From the IMG/VR virus record IMGVR_UViG_3300032320_000489, positions 1 through 24,205 of that record: 24,205 nucleotides of DNA. One strand, written 5' to 3'. This DNA comes from a virus (lineage: Duplodnaviria > Caudoviricetes). The notes below the pieces were generated by a model. The model saw nothing but the letters and a program-made list of their open reading frames with translations. It was not told where the DNA came from and made no database searches. Made by a program: the position numbers and the translations under genes. Position 1 is the stretch's first letter; the number at the start of each line of letters is the position of its first letter. Shown here one piece after another: positions 16,895 through 24,205 of the stretch.

Positions 16895-17557
16895 ATGGCA
16901 ACAACTATTATCTCCAACATTTCGTCATTCGATTACGAGCCAGACATCACGACAGACAATGGCCGTGATGGGATTACAGCTTTTCAATTCTCTGTTGTCG
17001 GTTCGTTCTCTGCTCTCAATTCAAACTTCTCTTTAGATCAAGTATTGGTTGGAGTCCCAGACCAGCCACCCGGAAACTTCCGTGTGGTTCGCAGAAATAT
17101 GAGTCACATAGCTGGTGATACAACCGATGGGCTTTATAGGCTTCAAGTATCAGCAGAGGGTGGGACTGGTGATAATTCACTCTATATCCTAGAAACAAGC
17201 TATCAGTACCAAAGGGAGATTGTAAGTGGGTTTGTTCAAACAATACAGCAAGATATTTCTGTTAATTATATTTGTGAATGGTTATCCCCCACAGTCACAA
17301 TCACAACTAATAGCCAAACCGAAGATGTTACGGCAGTCCAAGATAGAGTAAGGAGTCTTGTTGCAAGCCAAGAAGTACAGATCATTAGAAATAAGCCAGA
17401 TAGGTCTGCGGTGATTGGAACCGTTCAATATCCAGTATTCGGGCCGGGAATAGATGTAAATGCAATCAATATCGTGGGATCATCTGTTGAAAACGCTGGT
17501 GGTTTGTTTAGGGTTAGGGCATCGGCCACTAAAGGCCAAATGCAGTTATCTCTATGA
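16895..17557 (+). CDS. Putative distal tail / tail tip protein
   Basis: 220 aa, beta-rich, directly after the tape measure gene. Confidence 0.45.
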   Translation: MATTIISNISSFDYEPDITTDNGRDGITAFQFSVVGSFSALNSNFSLDQVLVGVPDQPPGNFRVVRRNMSHIAGDTTDGLYRLQVSAEGGTGDNSLYILETSYQYQREIVSGFVQTIQQDISVNYICEWLSPTVTITTNSQTEDVTAVQDRVRSLVASQEVQIIRNKPDRSAVIGTVQYPVFGPGIDVNAINIVGSSVENAGGLFRVRASATKGQMQLSL

Positions 17558-17829
17558 GATCGGGAACTGGAAGTTCTTTTTCTAAAGTTCCAGTATTGGC
17601 CGATACTGGTCTGATTACCAAAACCTACCTTCACGACCTAGAGGCCGCAGTAAGGCAACGAACCCCAGTAGCAGGGGCGAATATCGACATCAAGGTGACT
17701 GACGGTAGCTATGTAATATCTGCAACGGCAGGGGCGTTGGTTGGGGGTGGAGTGGCAGGGTTTAGCGAGATAACCCTTACCGTATGCTCCAATGGCACAC
17801 CCGCCACAATCACGGTCTTGGGCAAGTAA
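17554..17829 (+). CDS. Small tail tip-associated protein
   Basis: 91 aa, ATGA coupling; 'AGANIDIKVTDGSYVISA' beta motif. Confidence 0.5.
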   Translation: MRSGTGSSFSKVPVLADTGLITKTYLHDLEAAVRQRTPVAGANIDIKVTDGSYVISATAGALVGGGVAGFSEITLTVCSNGTPATITVLGK

Positions 17830-17853
17830 TTGACAAGGGCATAGACTAAAGTG
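17830..17853 (+). promoter_or_regulatory. TTGACA-N15-GTG element before the large fibre gene
   Basis: TTGACA at 17830-17835 immediately follows TAA; GTG at 17851. Confidence 0.6.
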
Positions 17854-20800
17854 AACGCTCAAGAGCTATTTCTGGATGTATCTAGTGGGAGATTCTTGGA
17901 TGGTGAAAGCACAATCCCAGCCAATAAGCCAGCATTTTTTTCTGATGAGCAGAGAAGGATTAAAGTTGGTGTAAGAAAAGTAAAAAATAATAAATTATCA
18001 GCAGTTACTCCATCGACAAATGCAAGATATAAAATTCGACTAGGAACTGCGACACAAAAACTTGCAGATGCAACCGATGTTTCGACAGCCCCAGTTGTCC
18101 TTATCACGGCACTTGGCTCGGTTGTAACATCCCCAGCAAGTCAAGCAACTGGGCTTGGAATTGTTGCCACATACTCTCCAGTTACGGCAACATTTGAAGC
18201 TACTGTATCAACAGAAACTGCTGTAACGGCTCAATTTGTAGCTAGCTTTAGAACAACGCCAGCAGTAACAGCTTTATTTAAATCTAACATAGTTTATATA
18301 GCACCAGTAACAGCCTCTGTTACGGTTGGCATATTGACTACTGTTACTCAATTTATTGCCACAACTGCGACAGTATTAACTAGCACAACATTCTCATACA
18401 TATCTGCATCAACTTTTTCAGTTTTAACAGAAGACGCTCCAAGCGTATTTAGTTATTTAAACACAAAATACGGCAATCCAAATTATCCATATAATAGTTT
18501 GAATCCACTTCTTCTAACCGCACAAATGAACACGCCGATTGCCGCTGTTTTTTCGTGTTCTTTTTCGGCTGGGAGCGTATCAACAATATCATTAGTTGCA
18601 GAAGGTGCTGGATATCCCAACGGACTTTACCCATTAACTTTCAGCGGTGGTGGAGCAACTGCTGGGACTGTAACGGCAGTAGCAGAAGTTTCTACAAATA
18701 ATGGGAAAGTTCAATCAATCACGCTTACAAATGGTGGTAGCGGTTATGCTTCAGCCCCAACAGCAACATTATTTACACCGGCAAAATCTTTAATTGGAAT
18801 TTCTCCTACAAATTTTAGGGGAACAGCTGGAGGGCGAGCTAGGTTTAGTTGGGCATTGGGAAGAACGCCGGGAGATAGTGCTTCAATAAGATTCACAAAT
18901 CCAGACACTACAAGCATTGTTACAAATACATCTGTCCCATCGGCATTTTTGCAATTTGTAGAAGGTTCAACTTGGGAAATAAATATTGTAAATAATGGAT
19001 ATGGATATGTTTCAACCCCTTCAGTTACTCACGATGATGCATTAGTATCAACAGCTAAAATTAAAATAAATAGAGATGGAGCAAAATTTTCATCAACCGT
19101 CTCTACTGCTGGTATTGCATATATTTCTTATGGTGGATTGCCAATTATTCCAACACAGTTTGTTAGGCAATCGGGAATATATGAGATGGCCTTTACGGGA
19201 TATACGATTGACTCAAGAAAAACTAGCGTAACAACAATCAGCTATTCTAAAAATAATATTACTGACTCTACAGATACATCTCTATTTAATTTTAATGAAC
19301 TAGATTATGCTGGAAAGACATTCTATGGCTCTGTAACTGGCTCTATAACACAAAACGCTTTAATTAAAGCATCTGTTCCAGCATTAACATCTGGATATAA
19401 TGTTCTGTCTGATCGAGGCGAATTAAAGCAAGGCGGTGGTTTATTTGAAACTGAATTTGAGGTTATAGATTATGGCAAATCTTATGTACAAAGCGGAACA
19501 TATTTTTATGATAAAATTAAACCACTTTTGTCTCTTCGGTCTGGGCAAACTATTTTTCAGTCTCCAATATCTTCTGTTGTTACGATTGCAACAGTAGGTA
19601 CCAATGGTTTTGCGGGAACATTATTAAGCCAATCTCCAACGGTTGCGACAAGGGCTGGGAATAAATCAACTGAATACTTTATTTCAAATGGTGGATTTGG
19701 ATTTGTTGGCTCTGCAATAGGTACAGCATTTTCTGGGTATCAATCTACAGTAGTCACTCAAACCACTACGGCTGGCGGTCTTATTGTTTCGACAAGTGCT
19801 GGCATTGTTACTACGGCAAGCCTTGTCGCATATCCCAAGGCTTATATTGCTGGTACTTATGATTGCCAAGTGCAGTCTCCAGTAAGCGGAACAACAGCAA
19901 AAATTCAGCTTATCGTATCCTCGGCAACAGCAAGCGTAGTTATTATTGATGGAGGCTCTGGCTATACATCTGCACCAATCGTAACTGCCCCGCTTCCCAA
20001 TGGCAAAAATGGATATGTTTCATTATTATCTCCGCTTAATAATCCGTCTGGATACACGGCTGGCGTTAGTGTTGGCCTATTATTTGCTCCAAGTGCGGCA
20101 ACTGGCGGAACGGCAGAAGGTGAATTTGCACTAAAAACTAGCAGATATATTTATGCCTCGGCTATCGCCTCTGTTTCTGAAGCAAGTTATCTCACATACG
20201 AAGGGGTTTCTACTGACCCATTTGGACAGCTAGGGGTTAGAACAAAATATGATCCACCTATTCCAGCAAACGCAAAGATTGTGGCAAAAAGTGGAATCAA
20301 GATTGTTGCCCAAAATGCAAGCGGAAGCCAATCTGTTTCTGAATATATTGTAACTTATCTTGATTATCGCATAACAAATTCTGGCTTTGGATATACCGTT
20401 GCACCCAGCGTGCTTTCTGAAGCTCCGTCAAAATCCACTGGTGGAGAGATCGTAGGATTTAGCCTAACAAATAGGCCAGTTGGATATAACTTCGACACTA
20501 ACTACGATTGTTCAGTTGCAACATCTCCTTTGGACAATGGAACTGCACAGCTTTCTTTTTCATTAATTGAGGTCGACAGAACTTTGATTACAGACTCACT
20601 AAAGAAAACCACCGTCGTAGAACTTCCAGACCCAAAAGAAGTTCAATCCCAATACTCTTCTTTCAATCAATATGACTCAACGCAAATTTTTAATTCATTT
20701 CGTGGAGGGAGTGAGGCAGGTGTGCTAGTTTCAAAAGATAAGTATATTGGAATAAGATTTAATGGAGGATTTGGTTATACAACTTCCCCAACCATTACCG

Positions 20801-21651
20801 CACCAACACCGGACTCTACAAATGTAGGACAAATTATTGGACTAAAGCTCACAAATACACCAGTTGGGTATAGGCCAAACAATGACTATCAATTAACCAT
20901 CGATCAAAGTCCATCGGCTGACGGTAGGGCTACCGCAAAGTTTAGCGTTTCGAGTCTTGGGGTTATCTCGGCACAAGTTGATAATGCTGGATTTGGTTAT
21001 GTCACAAAGCCAACGATCACAGCCGCATCCCCAGACCTAGATCAAGGATTTTTGAATGGAGTTTCTGTATCAACTCTTGGCCGTGGGTTTGCTCCCGGCT
21101 CATACATTTGCAACATAACAGACGCTCCCTCTGGTGGAGAGACGGCATCGGTTAATTTTAATGTTGATGCTTTCGGGGTTGGAAGTTTTGAAGTATCAAG
21201 ACTTGGTCGTGGCTATGTTACCGCTCCTAGCATTTCAGTTCCAACTCCATTTGGAAATACAATCAAATCAATAACGATCTCTTGTAAGGGTTCGTACTAT
21301 GATCCACAGACAGCCTTGTTTTCAATCAATGATTCGACAGGCTCTGGCGTATCCCTTGGTTCTCCGATTCTATCTGGCGGCAAGATTGAGTTGATACCGG
21401 TTATTTTTGGCGGTTATGGATATTCGAATACCCCAGCCATTCAATTCTCTGCTCCTACAGAGCCAATCCCCAGTCCGCTAGAAGCATCTTTTGTTGAGGG
21501 AGACCTTAATATCACTACGGCCTCGGCCAATGCCATCCTATCGACAGCAACCCAAAGAGACATCCTAATGGAAGTCTATGAGACGGACGGAACGAACGAG
21601 CAAGTAGTCGCCCAAGCCACGGTCAGCCTCGCCAAGCGAGTTTTAGAATAG
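17851..21651 (+). CDS. Large tail fibre / tail tip protein with 'I..GGSGY.SAP.V' repeats
   Basis: 1266 aa, Ser/Thr/Gly-rich, with about a dozen degenerate N/D-G-G-x-G-Y-x-x-A-P repeats. Confidence 0.7.
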   Translation: MNAQELFLDVSSGRFLDGESTIPANKPAFFSDEQRRIKVGVRKVKNNKLSAVTPSTNARYKIRLGTATQKLADATDVSTAPVVLITALGSVVTSPASQATGLGIVATYSPVTATFEATVSTETAVTAQFVASFRTTPAVTALFKSNIVYIAPVTASVTVGILTTVTQFIATTATVLTSTTFSYISASTFSVLTEDAPSVFSYLNTKYGNPNYPYNSLNPLLLTAQMNTPIAAVFSCSFSAGSVSTISLVAEGAGYPNGLYPLTFSGGGATAGTVTAVAEVSTNNGKVQSITLTNGGSGYASAPTATLFTPAKSLIGISPTNFRGTAGGRARFSWALGRTPGDSASIRFTNPDTTSIVTNTSVPSAFLQFVEGSTWEINIVNNGYGYVSTPSVTHDDALVSTAKIKINRDGAKFSSTVSTAGIAYISYGGLPIIPTQFVRQSGIYEMAFTGYTIDSRKTSVTTISYSKNNITDSTDTSLFNFNELDYAGKTFYGSVTGSITQNALIKASVPALTSGYNVLSDRGELKQGGGLFETEFEVIDYGKSYVQSGTYFYDKIKPLLSLRSGQTIFQSPISSVVTIATVGTNGFAGTLLSQSPTVATRAGNKSTEYFISNGGFGFVGSAIGTAFSGYQSTVVTQTTTAGGLIVSTSAGIVTTASLVAYPKAYIAGTYDCQVQSPVSGTTAKIQLIVSSATASVVIIDGGSGYTSAPIVTAPLPNGKNGYVSLLSPLNNPSGYTAGVSVGLLFAPSAATGGTAEGEFALKTSRYIYASAIASVSEASYLTYEGVSTDPFGQLGVRTKYDPPIPANAKIVAKSGIKIVAQNASGSQSVSEYIVTYLDYRITNSGFGYTVAPSVLSEAPSKSTGGEIVGFSLTNRPVGYNFDTNYDCSVATSPLDNGTAQLSFSLIEVDRTLITDSLKKTTVVELPDPKEVQSQYSSFNQYDSTQIFNSFRGGSEAGVLVSKDKYIGIRFNGGFGYTTSPTITAPTPDSTNVGQIIGLKLTNTPVGYRPNNDYQLTIDQSPSADGRATAKFSVSSLGVISAQVDNAGFGYVTKPTITAASPDLDQGFLNGVSVSTLGRGFAPGSYICNITDAPSGGETASVNFNVDAFGVGSFEVSRLGRGYVTAPSISVPTPFGNTIKSITISCKGSYYDPQTALFSINDSTGSGVSLGSPILSGGKIELIPVIFGGYGYSNTPAIQFSAPTEPIPSPLEASFVEGDLNITTASANAILSTATQRDILMEVYETDGTNEQVVAQATVSLAKRVLE

Positions 21652-21681
21652 CCTTGGGGCTGATGCCCTAACGAAATCCTT

Positions 21682-22179
21682 ATGGCCTTTCTTTTCCCAA
21701 AATTGTTTCCCGGTTGCGTTGCGACTGGTGGGTTTGGAATAAATTTAAGCCTCACAGATGCGATGGCGTTGTATTGGAAACCAGTCTCCCTTCGAGTACA
21801 AGGCACCTGCACCGATCTTTTTACTGGCGTTATCTTTACAATGGACGACACATACACAAGCGTACAGACGATAGGCGATTTAGTTTGTGGAAGTGGATTA
21901 GAGTTAATCGGCCCGAGTGCACTTGGTTTTTCTATTGGCCCAGACGCACTTCAGCAGGGCGAGCTTTATATGCCATCTATCTCTGTAGAATTTATTTTAA
22001 GAGACATAGACGGGAATGGACGGATTTGCCTAATAGATACAAGCACTTTCTATGACACTAACGGTAGCCTTTCTTTTCAAAACAGTTCTATACCTGCGCT
22101 TTTTTTTAATGATGATGATCCGGGTGCACCGCATTCTGGCTCTGGCTCATTCACCATTATTACTCCAAGAACTTTCTAG
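21682..22179 (+). CDS. Hypothetical protein, probably tail-associated
   Basis: 165-aa ORF after the fibre gene, preceded by GAAATCCTT. Confidence 0.55.
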   Translation: MAFLFPKLFPGCVATGGFGINLSLTDAMALYWKPVSLRVQGTCTDLFTGVIFTMDDTYTSVQTIGDLVCGSGLELIGPSALGFSIGPDALQQGELYMPSISVEFILRDIDGNGRICLIDTSTFYDTNGSLSFQNSSIPALFFNDDDPGAPHSGSGSFTIITPRTF

Positions 22180-22181
22180 TA

Positions 22182-22403
22182 ATGCCCTGCGATGCTTGTG
22201 GAAAGGCAAGAAAACTAGGTCAATCCCTTGGCACTTGGGCGAGGGCTGGGATGCCGCTATGCACAACAGAAACCCTGCAAACAAGGCTAAATACTTGTAA
22301 AACTTGCGAGCACTTCAAAGGAGGAGTTTGTGGTAAATGCGGGTGCGTTATATTTGTAAAGGCTAGATTAGCAACAAGCCAATGCCCAGATGGCAAGTGG
22401 TAG
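22182..22403 (+). CDS. Small Cys-rich metal-binding protein (DUF6171-like)
   Basis: 'RLNTCKTCEHF...CGKCGC...KARL...CPDGKW' pattern plus an N-terminal CxxC. Confidence 0.65.
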   Translation: MPCDACGKARKLGQSLGTWARAGMPLCTTETLQTRLNTCKTCEHFKGGVCGKCGCVIFVKARLATSQCPDGKW

Positions 22404-22406
22404 TCT

Positions 22407-22429
22407 TTGACACACCCCTAATGCTAATG
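22407..22429 (+). promoter_or_regulatory. TTGACA-N14-ATG element before the lysis module
   Basis: TTGACA at 22407-22412; ATG at 22427. Confidence 0.65.
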
Positions 22430-22597
22430 AACCAAATCTTAGCCTTCGTTCAGTCTCAAGATGTGTTTGCTTGGTTGGGTGCTTTGGTTGCCCTTCTCTC
22501 TGCCGTGATTGCCGTTGCCTCATTGATTCCCGGTGACGAGCCTGAGGCCACCTTGACCAAGGTGGTTTCGTTCTTGAGTCGCTTCTCTAGGAAGTAA
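22427..22597 (+). CDS. Putative holin
   Basis: 56 aa with transmembrane segment 'VFAWLGALVALLSAVIAVASLIP' and a basic C-terminus; first gene of the lysis cluster. Confidence 0.55.
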   Translation: MNQILAFVQSQDVFAWLGALVALLSAVIAVASLIPGDEPEATLTKVVSFLSRFSRK

Positions 22598-22599
22598 CA

Positions 22600-22761
22600 A
22601 TGTGGGAGGCTATTCTCGCCTCGCTCGCTGGTCTAATTGGGATTGTAGCTTGGTGGACTAAAAATCGTGCAAAGACCCGCAAGGAAAGAGACGATGAAGA
22701 AATTGCTTACAACCGCCGTCTCCGTGATTCGGAAGTCGATTCTTGGATTCACCGCCGCTAG
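22600..22761 (+). CDS. Putative inner-membrane spanin (Rz-like; not in the ORF track)
   Basis: MWEAILASLAGLIGIVAWWTKNRAKTRKERDDEEIAYNRRLRDSEVDSWIHRR; N-terminal transmembrane segment plus a charged helix; overlaps the downstream lipoprotein gene. Confidence 0.55.
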   Translation: MWEAILASLAGLIGIVAWWTKNRAKTRKERDDEEIAYNRRLRDSEVDSWIHRR

Positions 22762-22972
22762 TTTAATTTGCGGGTGTGCAACCACCCGCCCCTACGACAT
22801 TGGCGAAGTCCCGAACCAAGATTCGATTAGCGATTTCATTATGCGGTACGACAAACTCGACCGAACCAAAGCAACCCCAGACGAATACCGCCAGCTTTTT
22901 GGGCAAGCACTCAAAACGATATCTCGACTCGTGGAGGAGAATGAACGACTCCGCAAGAGGCTTGACCAATGA
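22694..22972 (+). CDS. Putative outer-membrane lipoprotein spanin (Rz1-like)
   Basis: MKKLLTTAV...AASLICGC signal peptide and lipobox; starts inside the Rz-like gene in another frame; helical C-terminus. Confidence 0.55.
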   Translation: MKKLLTTAVSVIRKSILGFTAASLICGCATTRPYDIGEVPNQDSISDFIMRYDKLDRTKATPDEYRQLFGQALKTISRLVEENERLRKRLDQ

Positions 22973-23475
22973 CGATTCGGGAGGTCGTGGAAAGGTCAAG
23001 AGGCCACATAGAAAAGTGTGAGCCTAGTTTCGGGAAGAGGGTTGGGGCTTGGTACTCGGAGTTAATGTCCAAAAAGATTCCAGTTTTGATCTACTGCTCG
23101 GTGCGTACTCCCCAAGAACAAGAGGAGCTATATAGCCGTGGACGCACGAAAGCTGGGGTCAAAGTCACAAATGCTCGTGGAATACCACCGCAATCGCTCC
23201 ACATTGACCTAGGAAGGGGGGCACACGCCATTGACTATGTGCCCCTATCCCGCACCCCAACTGGCAATCTATTGGCCTCTTGGGACGATGACCAAACCTA
23301 TTCGATATGCCAGAAGATCGCACAGAAGCACCAGCTACGGCATTTAGACTGGGAACAACCCCACCTTGAGGACGCAACAATTTCTGGGTGGAGAGAGTTA
23401 ATCTCACCGCAAAAGCAAGAGGTGAATAATCAAAAGGTTTCTCTAGTCAGCAAAAGGCCGTGGTCTAGCAGATAG
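22969..23475 (+). CDS. Endolysin, peptidase M15 (L-Ala-D-Glu peptidase-like)
   Basis: 'SVRTPQEQEELYSRGRT...VTNA...SLH...AIDY...WEQPHLE' contains the SxH-x-D and ExxH zinc motifs. Confidence 0.85.
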   Translation: MTIREVVERSRGHIEKCEPSFGKRVGAWYSELMSKKIPVLIYCSVRTPQEQEELYSRGRTKAGVKVTNARGIPPQSLHIDLGRGAHAIDYVPLSRTPTGNLLASWDDDQTYSICQKIAQKHQLRHLDWEQPHLEDATISGWRELISPQKQEVNNQKVSLVSKRPWSSR

Positions 23476-23478
23476 GAT

Positions 23479-23838
23479 ATGACATCCGAACAGAGCGTGG
23501 AGAAAACCCAAAAGCATTTTACAAAAAAGCACGAACTCCATTTAACGACTTTGCAAGTTGCGGCGGTTGAGTCGATGGAGAAGAAATACAAGCGGGGAGT
23601 TGAGGAACACGGCGGGACAAAACTTTGGGAGATGCCGGCGGTGAAACTTGTTGAGAACGCAATCGAAGAGGCAACCGACCAGCTAACCTATCTACTCACG
23701 CTTCGCTCCCAAATGCACATAGTTCTTGAATTAGCTAGGGATGGATGCACGGATGAGACATTGACAAATCCTAGAGCTAGAGAGTGTTGTAATTTAATTT
23801 ACACAACCCTTACAGGACAATCTAAACCTCAAATATGA
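23479..23838 (+). CDS. Helical hypothetical protein, possibly a MazG-like / nucleotide pyrophosphohydrolase fold
   Basis: 'KYKRGVEEHG...NAIEEATDQLTYL' carries an EExxD motif. Confidence 0.4.
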   Translation: MTSEQSVEKTQKHFTKKHELHLTTLQVAAVESMEKKYKRGVEEHGGTKLWEMPAVKLVENAIEEATDQLTYLLTLRSQMHIVLELARDGCTDETLTNPRARECCNLIYTTLTGQSKPQI

Positions 23839-24205
23839 AGCCAATAAAGTTTGTCGCTTGTGGCGATATCCACGGCGATGAACAAGACGCTCCCTCGGTA
23901 AAGGCTCTACTCGCTTTCACGAAAGAATACCAACCCGACCTCGTGGTTTGCATCGGTGACCTCTGGGACTTCCGAGCTATTCGCAAGGGTGCGGGAGATG
24001 AGGAGCAAGCATCGAGCCTTCAAAAAGATTGGGATTGCGGGGAGGAGTTCATTCGGGAGTTCTTCAAGTTCGGTGATGAGAGAATCTTTTTGAGGGGCAA
24101 CCACGATGAACGCATTTATGATATGGCTAGGAACAGCCGAAGCGGAGTGGCTCGTGATTACGCCAACGATGGCATTGAGAATATCGAACTGATAATGAAG
24201 GAGAC
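23835..24205 (+). CDS. Calcineurin-like metallophosphoesterase (3'-truncated; not in the ORF track)
   Basis: ATGA overlap at 23835. MKPIKFVACGDIHG...VVCIGDLWD...LRGNHDER contains the DxH, GDxxD and GNHD motifs. The frame is open to the window end. Confidence 0.85.
   Translation, partial: MKPIKFVACGDIHGDEQDAPSVKALLAFTKEYQPDLVVCIGDLWDFRAIRKGAGDEEQASSLQKDWDCGEEFIREFFKFGDERIFLRGNHDERIYDMARNSRSGVARDYANDGIENIELIMKE

Noticed and set aside
12213-17829. Contractile tail, tailocin or gene transfer agent interpretation
   Set aside because: No sheath or baseplate wedge gene is recognisable and a full head module is present. Phage versus prophage cannot be decided from this window.
21652-21681. CTGATG...CGAAA in the intergenic gap, resembling a hammerhead ribozyme core
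   Set aside because: The core needs CUGANGA plus a stem II before GAAA. Here it is CTGATGC with no stem II, only a small GGGC-TGAT-GCCC hairpin.
22421-22429. ATG CTA ATG as a lambda S-like holin/antiholin dual start
   Set aside because: The intervening residue is Leu rather than a charged residue, and the second ATG fits the N14 spacing. No further support.
23761-23766. TTGACA inside the 23479-23838 ORF
   Set aside because: No start codon heading a plausible gene follows at the usual spacing; the next gene starts at 23835. Probably chance.
252-24104. All minus-strand ORFs and short alternative-frame plus-strand ORFs in the track (e.g. 467-784, 3672-4136, 13634-13834, 21714-22055, 23907-24104)
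   Set aside because: They overlap well-supported plus-strand genes, carry no recognisable motifs and look like shadow ORFs.
1-24205. CRISPR array, tRNA, integrase/transposase, diversity-generating retroelement or stop-codon recoding
   Set aside because: I saw no spaced direct repeats, cloverleaf, recombinase or reverse transcriptase gene. Genes are intact in the standard code and all three stop codons are used.

Overview
This window is the late (virion morphogenesis and lysis) region of a tailed dsDNA phage or prophage. It is probably a siphovirus of a Gram-negative host, and every credible gene is on the + strand. Gene order: lambda-type portal (5'-truncated, long C-terminal extension), prohead protease/scaffold, capsid decoration protein, major capsid protein, intrinsic terminator, a cassette of three glycosyltransferases and two methyltransferases, head closure protein, two paralogous tail-terminator-like genes, Ser/Thr-rich fibre and lectin-like genes, a small membrane/lipoprotein trio, two paralogous tail-tube-like genes, a tail assembly chaperone with a -1 frameshift, a short tape measure, tail tip genes, a 1266-aa repeat fibre, holin/spanins/M15 endolysin and a 3'-truncated metallophosphoesterase. 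Most notable: (1) TTGACA sits a near-fixed ~14 nt before the start codon heading almost every module, a geometry incompatible with a normal sigma70 promoter; (2) the glycosylation/methylation cassette lies directly behind the capsid gene; (3) both the tail terminator and tail tube genes are duplicated; (4) an A9 slippery site could give short and long portal forms; (5) GCWGC, CCWGG and GGWCC appear to be avoided. All calls come from motif recognition by eye; no database searches were run.
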